Source of the DNA: Bdellovibrionota bacterium | GTDB lineage: Bacteria > Bdellovibrionota_C > UBA2361 > JBGSMV01 | Reading direction: 5' to 3' | NCBI GenBank assembly: GCA_041739995.1 | Contig: JBGSMV010000062.1 | Location: 1 to 14,079, forward strand | DNA: 14,079 bases | Shown here: piece after piece, positions 1 to 7,640 of the stretch | Layout: each line of letters opens with the position of its first letter | How positions within the stretch are numbered: position 1 is the first letter of the stretch | The notes under the pieces: generated by a model | Database searches by the model: none | Told to the model about the DNA's origin: nothing | What the model saw: the letters and a program-made list of their open reading frames with translations, nothing else | Position numbers and translations under genes: made by a program

Positions 1-297
1 AAAATTACGGGCAAAACCTCTGACCTTCAAACGAATTTTCAACCTGTTCTGAAAATCCACGCCCTAAATGTAAAAAGTTCCAATTCTTACTATTAATTCT
101 TAAATTATCGAGGTTTGATGCTGGCTTTTCGGACAGCCTCCCCTGCTCAGTTGGAAGGTTCTGCACCTGACTTCCACCGCGATCCACCCCCTTTCATGCT
201 GCCCGCTCTGCCTTCACCAATGAGGCAACTTATCGCCTTTCAAAACTCAATGCATACACATTAACCAGATGATATTATTATATATTGCGCGTTTTTG

Positions 298-328
298 TTG
301 TATATTTATCATAACCCGCTTATGATAA
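298..328 (+). promoter_or_regulatory. sigma70-type promoter with overlapping 9-bp inverted repeat (putative operator)
   Basis: TTGTAT (298-303), 17-bp spacer, TATGAT (321-326); perfect inverted repeat TTATCATAA (306-314) N5 TTATGATAA (320-328) covers the spacer and -10 box; ATG at 333 with no Shine-Dalgarno. Confidence 0.7.
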
Positions 329-332
329 TTTC

Positions 333-599
333 ATGAACTTGGCGGTCAGAAGATATCTCGCAGAAATCGGTGCGCGAGGCGGTCACCGCAGTCGGCGCAG
401 GCTCTCACGTGTTGAAGCGCTCAATATGGTTAGAGTTCGCGAGGCTCGGCGCGCCTATAGGACATTTTACGCTCGCTGCTTTTGGTCCTTCGACAAGAAT
501 CTGAAGATCACCCTCCATGACATAGATTGGGTGGCAGAACAGTTGATGAAGAACGGTGATAGGATTGCCTGGCACAAGGGAGCATCGTTATGCCGTTAA
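333..599 (+). CDS. small basic protein, putative antitoxin/partner of the downstream nucleotidyltransferase
   Basis: 88-aa ORF right after the promoter, overlapping the next gene by 10 nt; N-terminal EIGARGG (KGG-motif-like); C-terminal CFWSFD...WVAEQLMKNG resembles the FW-D...L-x2-G pattern of DUF6922-type partners of AbiEii-like genes. Confidence 0.65.
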   Translation: MNLAVRRYLAEIGARGGHRSRRRLSRVEALNMVRVREARRAYRTFYARCFWSFDKNLKITLHDIDWVAEQLMKNGDRIAWHKGASLCR

Positions 600-1390
600 C
601 GAAATTTCAGAGCGAGATAGCTCGTCTGCTAGCGCCGAATAGATCACCCGAAAGTCACCTCGCTGGCGGCGCTGCCATACATATCGCACCGAACTCCCGT
701 CGCTATAGTAATGACCTCGACTACTTCAATGATTCCGAAGAACGCGTTGCACAAAGCTTTGCGACAGATCGTGACACTCTGCTTCAAAACGGATTTGATG
801 TTGAAATCGGAATGACCCAGCCTGGCTTTGTTCGCGCTACGGTTTCTAGAGGAGAAGAGAGCACTAAGATTGAATGGGCGCACGACTCCGCCTGGCGATT
901 CATGCCACCGATACCCAGTCTTGCGGCGGGCTATATGTTGCACCCTATTGATTTAGCGATTAACAAGCTGTTGGCACTTGTCGGTCGGGACGAGCCAAGA
1001 GATTTTCTGGACATCCTTGATCTCAACGAGCGAGAACTCCCACTAGGCGCGATGTGCTGGGCCGCAGCCGGAAAAGATCCTGGGTTTACGCCTCGATCTA
1101 TCCTCGAAATTTTGCGCCGCCGTGGGAAATATCGCCCCGAAGACTTTGCGCGCCTAGATTTGAAGTCTCCGGTCAATCTGCCGGATCTTAAGCAAAAGTG
1201 GCTCAAATCACTCGAACAGGCGGAAGCTTTTATTCTCTCGCGCCCACCCGACGAGATAGGCTGCCTTTATTACTCGCCTTCGTTAAGTAAGTTTGTCGAG
1301 CCAAGTTCCGATCAAGAGAGCACTTCGGATGTGGTTGTACATTTCGGCAGGCCAGGCGGAGTTTTGCCTCGCCTGAAAGAGAATCGCTAG
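590..1390 (+). CDS. nucleotidyltransferase, AbiEii/AbiGii (MenT-like) toxin family
   Basis: Motifs LAGGAA, RRYSNDLDYF, NKLLAL-x2-R-x3-RDFLD typical of the family; purine-rich AAGGGGAG upstream of ATG 590. Confidence 0.85.
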   Translation: MPLTKFQSEIARLLAPNRSPESHLAGGAAIHIAPNSRRYSNDLDYFNDSEERVAQSFATDRDTLLQNGFDVEIGMTQPGFVRATVSRGEESTKIEWAHDSAWRFMPPIPSLAAGYMLHPIDLAINKLLALVGRDEPRDFLDILDLNERELPLGAMCWAAAGKDPGFTPRSILEILRRRGKYRPEDFARLDLKSPVNLPDLKQKWLKSLEQAEAFILSRPPDEIGCLYYSPSLSKFVEPSSDQESTSDVVVHFGRPGGVLPRLKENR

Positions 1391-1481
1391 CTCACAAAAA
1401 CATGTGAATATTATTGACGCTTCCGCTGGTCAAACAGCTTCAAGAAACTAGCGAAGCGAAAGGCTCACTGAGGCGTAAGTC

Positions 1482-2198
1482 ATGTTGCATAAGCCCTTCC
1501 TCACCGCCGAGTGGAAGTACCTTGTTATGATCAATTATGAAGTTGATCCGGCGAGGCTTCGCCCTCTCCTCCCTGCAGGAACTCAGCTCGATCAGTGGAA
1601 CTCCAAGACCTACATTAGCCTCGTTGGTTTCCTGTTTCTTGACACAAGAATCAAAGGCATTACCGTGCCCTTCCACCGCAATTTTGAAGAAATTAATCTT
1701 CGATTTTACGTCAAAAGAGAGTTGCCGGGAGAGTCTCGTCGAGGAGTGGTTTTTGTTAAAGAGATCGTTCCACGACGAGCGATCGCTACAATAGCCCGTC
1801 ATTTTTACAACGAGAACTATGTGTGCTTGCCCATGCAACACCGCATTGATCTTAATCCTGAAACTTCCTCAGTTGAATATTCATGCAAGCTAAACGGAAC
1901 CTCTCAACGAATGCGAGCACAATTCAGCGGCAAACCAGCGGAACTTGGTGCAGGATCTCAAGAGGAATTCATTACAGAACATTACTGGGGATATACAAAA
2001 CAACGGGACGGCGGAACTATGGAGTATCACGTCGAACATCCCAAATGGCAGGTTTGGTCAGCTGAAGCATTCGACTTAGATGTCGAAGACAAGGCGCTCT
2101 ACGGCGCTCAATTCGAATCTGCCTTCGACAGAAAGCCAAGCAGCGTTTTCATAGCGACGGGGTCGCGAGTTACCGTATCGTCTGGCGTTCGCCTGTAG
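1482..2198 (+). CDS. DUF2071 (YqjF-family) protein
   Basis: FLTAEW-x2-L-x3-NYEVDP, YISLVGF, FEEINLRFYV, GVVFVKEIVP, EEFITEHYWGY, EYHVEHPKW. Confidence 0.85.
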   Translation: MLHKPFLTAEWKYLVMINYEVDPARLRPLLPAGTQLDQWNSKTYISLVGFLFLDTRIKGITVPFHRNFEEINLRFYVKRELPGESRRGVVFVKEIVPRRAIATIARHFYNENYVCLPMQHRIDLNPETSSVEYSCKLNGTSQRMRAQFSGKPAELGAGSQEEFITEHYWGYTKQRDGGTMEYHVEHPKWQVWSAEAFDLDVEDKALYGAQFESAFDRKPSSVFIATGSRVTVSSGVRL

Positions 2199-2445
2199 CC
2201 AGGGAGAGGATATCCAGTAGTGCGCTTTGTATTAAATTCAGGGCCGGCTAAGAATCTTTCGTAGAAAATGGTTCCTTAGTGGTAGAAACTCCTAGAAATT
2301 CCCTGGAATCTCTAAGCACCAGCACGTTTTCACTTACCCATCGTTAACCATGGTCCGACACTTATCTAAAGCGGCACCGATCACAACTGCGCTATACGCC
2401 GCCAGCAGTACTCAATCCGATCACGTGAACTGAGGGGAGGACATT

Positions 2446-2892
2446 TTGAGGCATCGTATTCTGGTCATTATGCTCGCTTGCGCGGGAGTGTTCGGAGCTG
2501 TCGCTACTTCCGAGGCACAGACTGGTCCAACCAGCTTTGTGTTACGAGGCCCAAACTCACTGGTATGTGCCGGTTTGATTGTGCATGAGCGAAACGGTGT
2601 AGTCCCTGCAAACTGCGTAGATGGCCGTCCGGTTTCCGGTTTAGAAGCTACAGCCGCTGATGGCACAATCCATGCCCAGATCAGAACTGTGACTCAGTAT
2701 GTAGTCCATCCTAGCTATGAGACCAATCAGCCTGGCTACAACGTGGCCACTGTGGTGTTCTCAGCTCCATTAATGTTAAGCGAACACGTTCAGATTGGGC
2801 TACCGAGTAGTTTTCCGCTCTTTTCTCCGTATACACAGTGGATTGAAAACAACATCTTTGTAGAGCCAATTCCTCAACTAATCTGCCCTTAA
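2446..2892 (+). CDS. secreted trypsin-like (S1) fold protein, N-terminal barrel only, predicted non-catalytic (paralogue 1)
   Basis: TTG start after GAGGGGAGG; signal peptide ending SEA|Q; CAGLIV...PANCV, VVHPSY, YNVATV, VQIGLP and SPYTQWI match S1 landmarks; no GDSGG. Confidence 0.75.
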   Translation: MRHRILVIMLACAGVFGAVATSEAQTGPTSFVLRGPNSLVCAGLIVHERNGVVPANCVDGRPVSGLEATAADGTIHAQIRTVTQYVVHPSYETNQPGYNVATVVFSAPLMLSEHVQIGLPSSFPLFSPYTQWIENNIFVEPIPQLICP

Positions 2893-2925
2893 CGGTCGAT
2901 GTCTCGCCCGAGAGCTGGAACTACT

Positions 2926-3393
2926 ATGAGATACTCAACTTGGATCGCCCTTTCCCTCGGCTTTGTTCTCTCGGTCACTCTCCCGAACCAAGCAAAAGCA
3001 CAATCCGGTCCAACGGGCCCCACCAGCTTTGTGGTGAGAGATTCCTCATCTACCATTAGCCTCTGTTCTGGCTTGATAGTCGGTCTAAGTTATGGCGTCG
3101 CACCAGCGACCTGTGTAACTAACCTCCCGACCTCTCGTCTTCGTATCACTGTCGGTGCGGGGACCCCATCACAAAGAGTCGTGCTGGTCAGTCAGGTAAC
3201 TCCTCACCCGAATTTTAATCCCCCTCCGTATTCGACAAACTATGATGTTGCGGTTTTGGCATTCAGCGATCCACTGATTCTAGACCAGAATGTACAAATT
3301 GGATTGCCAAGTAGCAGTCCCTTATATTCGCCCTATCAGGAGTGGATAGCGGATCAATTTGCGCTGGTCAATCAACCACCGGTCTGCCCATAG
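2926..3393 (+). CDS. secreted trypsin-like (S1) fold protein, N-terminal barrel only, predicted non-catalytic (paralogue 2)
   Basis: Signal peptide from ATG 2926 ending AKA|Q (ORF open from 2899); CSGLIV...PATCV, PHPNFN, YDVAVL, VQIGLP, SPYQEWI; colinear with the upstream paralogue; no GDSGG. Confidence 0.78.
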   Translation: MRYSTWIALSLGFVLSVTLPNQAKAQSGPTGPTSFVVRDSSSTISLCSGLIVGLSYGVAPATCVTNLPTSRLRITVGAGTPSQRVVLVSQVTPHPNFNPPPYSTNYDVAVLAFSDPLILDQNVQIGLPSSSPLYSPYQEWIADQFALVNQPPVCP

Positions 3394-3403
3394 GGCAAAG
3401 AAA

Positions 3404-4366
3404 TCAGTCTGAAGACAGTGGCGGAACAGCTCCTGGAAGAAAGCGATTCAAATGATAAATCGCCGCATTTGAAATATGCCCAAATTCAGAATTTGCTCCC
3501 GGTGAAGACTTTGCAAATGCGGAAAGCCCGATGCGAAGCAGATCCCCATGACAGACCAGCAAAAAGGTCTGTTGAGAATGCGCCTCTTCTAGTTCCTTGA
3601 TAAGGGCTGAGAATCGATCGAGGGCCTGCACCGTGCTTTCTAAACCGAAAATGTGAGAGAAGGGGTCCTCAAGATCGGCCTTGGTAACTTCTGCAATGAC
3701 TTTGGCGCCCTCATCGGGCAGAAAGATGCGTCCTTCCATTTCGCCACAACTTCGCTCGCGCAGGCGCTCATCAGTCAGCACCTCCCCAGCGCCTAAAATT
3801 CGCCGCGCTACTTCCGCAGATTCACGCGCACGCAGATAGTCGGAGGCGATCACTCGGGTGTCACGCGATAAAATCCCACTCTTTAACTCAGCAACCGTTG
3901 ACTCACTCACCTGCAAGCGCCCAAGCTTTGTAAGTCCATATTGAGCAATACAACTTTCTGGCGCGGCAACCCAGCGACGCTCGTGATTTGCAGTGCTCTC
4001 ACCGTGTCGCATGATCAGATACTGATTCCTGGGATTTTTTAAGTGGAGAATATGATTGTAGCTTTGCCAGGGTTCGATCACTCGTTCACCACTCCTCGGT
4101 AGATACACAATATGAAGGGGACCCATGCCGGGGTTGAATTGATTGACCTGAGCCCCGTCGACTACAATCCTGTCGGCCAGCACACCGTCGACAGGTCGCA
4201 CCACTGGTGGCATACGAAGACCTCTGGTCTCGTCCGACGGGCCCACTCTAGCGAGCTCTCCTGGCATTAAGATGCCTTGAGTTGGAGCCTGTGGTCCCCC
4301 TGAGGCCCCTCCAAGGGACTGCTGCGGAGATGGTCCGCGCTCTGCAGAATCGCCTGAAACCTTCAT
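3404..4366 (-). CDS. histidine phosphatase (phosphoglycerate mutase-like) family protein with N-terminal extension
   Basis: MRHGES, GLT-x2-G-x2-Q, SDYLRARESA, RLRER, LVCHGD, SNAAI; start uncertain (ATG 4366 chosen, ORF open to 4435, later starts possible). Confidence 0.85.
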   Translation of the reverse strand: MKVSGDSAERGPSPQQSLGGASGGPQAPTQGILMPGELARVGPSDETRGLRMPPVVRPVDGVLADRIVVDGAQVNQFNPGMGPLHIVYLPRSGERVIEPWQSYNHILHLKNPRNQYLIMRHGESTANHERRWVAAPESCIAQYGLTKLGRLQVSESTVAELKSGILSRDTRVIASDYLRARESAEVARRILGAGEVLTDERLRERSCGEMEGRIFLPDEGAKVIAEVTKADLEDPFSHIFGLESTVQALDRFSALIKELEEAHSQQTFLLVCHGDLLRIGLSAFAKSSPGANSEFGHISNAAIYHLNRFLPGAVPPLSSD

Positions 4367-4421
4367 ACTACTAAAATTGAGATACCAAAAACCTGATGAA
4401 ACAAACGGTGGAACAGACGCA

Positions 4422-6293
4422 CTAATCAAGTTCAAAAGTTTGTCGCCAGTCTTCCTTCTCAGTCCACTTGGGCTGGTCTTCTTTGAGCATCAAGAAATTT
4501 CCACACACGAGCACGTCCATCTCGGTTCGCATAAAGCAGGTAAAGGCCTCCTTCGGGGTATTCACAATCGGCTCGCCACGCACATTGAAGCTCGTGTTCA
4601 CCAACACTGGGCACCCGGTAAGGTCATTAAATGCGCTCAGCAAATTATAGAAATGCGGGCTGCTGGCCTGATCCACTGTTTGAATACGCGCCGAATAATC
4701 GACATGGGTGACCGCAGGAAGGTCCGAACGAGGGATGTTCAGCTTGGCAATTCCAAACAACTTCTCCTGTTCAGCCGACATGTTGATTCTGCGCTCTTCT
4801 TTCACCGGTGCAACAAGCAGCATGTATGGCGAGTCGCAATCGATATCAAAGTACTCAGATACATGCTCACGCATAACTGCTGGGGCGAATGGTCTGAAGG
4901 ACTCACGGAACTTAATTTTTAAGTTCATCTTGGACTGCATCTTCGTCGAGCGTGGGTCTCCCAAAATGCTCCTTGCGCCAAGAGCACGCGGGCCAAACTC
5001 CATCGGCCCCTTAACCCACCCGATAACCTTTTCTTCGGCAATCAACGAAGCGACTCGAGGATACAACTGATCATCTTCGAGCTCGATAAATTTCGCCCCC
5101 ACCGACTGAAGCATCGCGCGGGTTTCTTCTCGCCCATAGTCAGGGCCCAGTAACGAGGCGTGTTGAGAGTCACGCTTCCCGTCTGCTTTCCTTTCGTTCT
5201 CCAAATATCCGTACCAGACGCACAGCGCTGCTCCAAGAGCACCACCCGCATCTCCCGCCGCCGGCTGAATCCAGATGTTTTTAAATGGTCCCTCCCGCAA
5301 TAGACGCCCATTACCTACACAGTTAAGTGCTACGCCACCGGCAAGGCAGAGATTATCAACTCCAGTTTCCTTCTTAAGGAATCTGGCCTGACACAACATC
5401 ACTTCTTCCACTACCACCTGGATGGATCGAGCGAGATCCATTTCACGCTGGGTTAGCGGGGTTTCTGGCTTTCTTCTTGGGCCGTCAAATATTTCACCAA
5501 AACTATCCGAGGTCATCGTTAAACCGGAGAGATAGTTGAAGTGCTTCAGGTTCAAATGAAAAGAACCGTCTTCTTTAAGATCAATTAACTCATCGTAGAT
5601 TTTTTGTACGTATTTTGGCTCACCATAAGGAGCGAGCCCCATTACCTTGTACTCTCCGGAGTTCACTTTGAAGCCGGTGAAGTAAGTAAAGGCTGAATAC
5701 AGAAGTCCAAGCGAATGAGGAAACTGGATTTCCTTAATGAGTGAAAATTGATTTCCTCGACCAATTCCGAGACTGTTTGTCGTCCACTCCCCTACGCCGT
5801 CAATGGTAAGGACAGCCGCTTCTTGAAATGGCGATGGATAGAACGCCGAAGCCGCATGGCTTTGGTGATGTTCGGTAAATAGAATCTCCCCGGTAAAATT
5901 CAGTTCGTTCTTTATAGTATCCGGGATCCAAAGCTTGTGTTTCAGCCAAAGCGGTAGAGCCCGAGCATATGAAGTGAAGCCCTTGGGTGCAGTGGTGAGG
6001 TAGGTCTCAAGCAACCGCTCGAACTTAAGCACGGGCTTGTCGTAGAATACGACAAAATCAATGTCGTCTATTTTTAGTCCCTGAGATTTGAGGCACCACT
6101 CAGAGGCGTGACGAGGAAACTCGGGGTCGTGCTTCTTACGTGTAAATCGTTCCTCTTGAGCAGCACAGACAATCTTTCCGTCACGTACCAGACAGGCGGC
6201 GCTGTCGTGATAAAAGGCAGAAATACCTAATATGTTGATTGGGCCATTCTTTCGAGCACTGGACCTGGCGGAATCAAGGGTAGAGGTACTCAT
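4422..6293 (-). CDS. carbamoyltransferase, NodU/CmcH/TobZ family
   Basis: ILGISAFYHDSAA, EHHQSHAASAF, DGVGE, GEYKVMGLAPYG, AGGVALNCV, QPAAGDAG, EFGPRALG, RESFRPFAP, VNTSFN; ATG 6293 (GTG 6299 alternative). Confidence 0.95.
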   Translation of the reverse strand: MSTSTLDSARSSARKNGPINILGISAFYHDSAACLVRDGKIVCAAQEERFTRKKHDPEFPRHASEWCLKSQGLKIDDIDFVVFYDKPVLKFERLLETYLTTAPKGFTSYARALPLWLKHKLWIPDTIKNELNFTGEILFTEHHQSHAASAFYPSPFQEAAVLTIDGVGEWTTNSLGIGRGNQFSLIKEIQFPHSLGLLYSAFTYFTGFKVNSGEYKVMGLAPYGEPKYVQKIYDELIDLKEDGSFHLNLKHFNYLSGLTMTSDSFGEIFDGPRRKPETPLTQREMDLARSIQVVVEEVMLCQARFLKKETGVDNLCLAGGVALNCVGNGRLLREGPFKNIWIQPAAGDAGGALGAALCVWYGYLENERKADGKRDSQHASLLGPDYGREETRAMLQSVGAKFIELEDDQLYPRVASLIAEEKVIGWVKGPMEFGPRALGARSILGDPRSTKMQSKMNLKIKFRESFRPFAPAVMREHVSEYFDIDCDSPYMLLVAPVKEERRINMSAEQEKLFGIAKLNIPRSDLPAVTHVDYSARIQTVDQASSPHFYNLLSAFNDLTGCPVLVNTSFNVRGEPIVNTPKEAFTCFMRTEMDVLVCGNFLMLKEDQPKWTEKEDWRQTFELD

Positions 6294-6587
6294 GGGCACT
6301 ACTCAATCTGATGGGCTATTTCGTTTCTGGAAGAGCCGTATGCCCATTCCAGCTTTTGAGCGTGGGCTAGTCTGCCATGGGCCTAGAGAGCTGTCGAGCC
6401 GACTCAGCCGGTCTCGTTTAGGATTTTGCCCATGGAAACGCTCCTAGCGGCATCTCCCACTTTCCATCCGCCGCAAGTTCGAATTTTGTGGTCCACACAA
6501 CGCAGAACCGACTATTTTAGCGGCACCGAGTGCACCAGCACGAAGCTGGACTAGGAGCGCTCGAATTTTTCAGCTATCTATTCAGAA

Positions 6588-7370
6588 ATGAACAAGGGCT
6601 CTCGAAGCACCATTTCTGCTTTTATAGTTTGTTGTAACGAAGAACGGCGAATTCGTCGTTGCCTCGAGAGCGTCGCATGGTGTGACGAAATCGTTGTTGT
6701 TGACAGCGGCTCTACAGATAAAACAATTGAAATATGTAGAGAGTTCACGGAGAAGATCGTCGAGCGCCCCTGGCCTGGCTTTGTCGAACAAAAGCGCTTC
6801 GCGCTCACGCAGTGTGCTTCGAATTGGGTACTGAATATCGATTCAGATGAGGAAGTCTCTCCTGAGCTCGCTCAGGAGATCTCCTCGACCCTTTCCCAAG
6901 ATCATAGTGGAACCCTCGAAAAGAACGGGTTTCTGCTGCCTCGCACTGTATTCTACATGGGCAAGTGGTGGCGACGCGGGGGCTGGTATCCAGAGTTTAG
7001 ACTTAGACTGTGCCGGCGTAGCGTTACATCATGGGGCGGCGACGATCCGCATGAGCACGCCATTGTAGAAGGCTCCGTCGGAAAACTCTCCGGGGAGCTG
7101 CACCACTACACGTATCAAGACCTTGCGGACCAAGTACGCTCCATTAGCTCACTTTCCCGTTCGGCTGCCCACACCATGAATCAAAAAGGGAAACGCGCAT
7201 CTCTCTTAGACCTGGTAACCAGACCGTTGGTGCGCTTCGTCAAGTTCTATCTTCTAAAGCGTGGCTTTCTTGAGGGCATGCCGGGGTTCATTGTTGCGGT
7301 GATGGATGCCTGGGGCGTCTTCCTCAAATACGCCAAACTCTGGGAACTCCAGAGGCAACCGAAACACTAG
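6588..7370 (+). CDS. glycosyltransferase family 2 (WaaE/KdtX-like beta-1,4-glucosyltransferase group)
   Basis: NEE-x2-I-x2-CLES, VVDSGSTD, WPGFVEQK, DSDE (DxD), WYP, HE, LHHYTY, YLLKRGFLEG-x2-G, KYAKLWE. Confidence 0.92.
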   Translation: MNKGSRSTISAFIVCCNEERRIRRCLESVAWCDEIVVVDSGSTDKTIEICREFTEKIVERPWPGFVEQKRFALTQCASNWVLNIDSDEEVSPELAQEISSTLSQDHSGTLEKNGFLLPRTVFYMGKWWRRGGWYPEFRLRLCRRSVTSWGGDDPHEHAIVEGSVGKLSGELHHYTYQDLADQVRSISSLSRSAAHTMNQKGKRASLLDLVTRPLVRFVKFYLLKRGFLEGMPGFIVAVMDAWGVFLKYAKLWELQRQPKH

Positions 7371-7640
7371 GAACGTCGCCCATGCGATTGAGCCTCCCTA
7401 CCCCCACCATCCGAGAGTTCCAGAACTTCTAAGCAAATTGCGAAATAGAGCATTTCAAGTTCTTCATAATTTTGCAGCTTATTTATTCTATAAATACAGA
7501 TAGTTAATAGCGCTTTGTCCACAGCCATGCGGCATTTTTAGGCTACACCTGAAGCAGCTGTCCCATAACCTCTGATAGTTAAATACGCAGCAGCAAGTTT
7601 GCGTTTGTTGGAATTTTTCAATTCTTGGAGCCTAAGGTTT

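Noticed and set aside
5..187. 60-aa minus-strand ORF ending FCP*
   Set aside because: Non-ATG start, no signal peptide or recognisable domain; the CP* ending is probably chance and was not counted
1392..1419. TCACA-N6-TGTGA palindrome next to TTGACG
   Set aside because: Half-sites are in the reverse order to the CRP consensus, and no convincing -10 box follows
4377..5070. Plus-strand ORFs of 181 and 120 aa
   Set aside because: Antisense shadows of the carbamoyltransferase; other short ORFs nested in confident genes were rejected likewise
7517..7526. DnaA-box-like TTGTCCACA in an AT-rich intergenic region
   Set aside because: Single mismatched box, no cluster and no origin-associated genes
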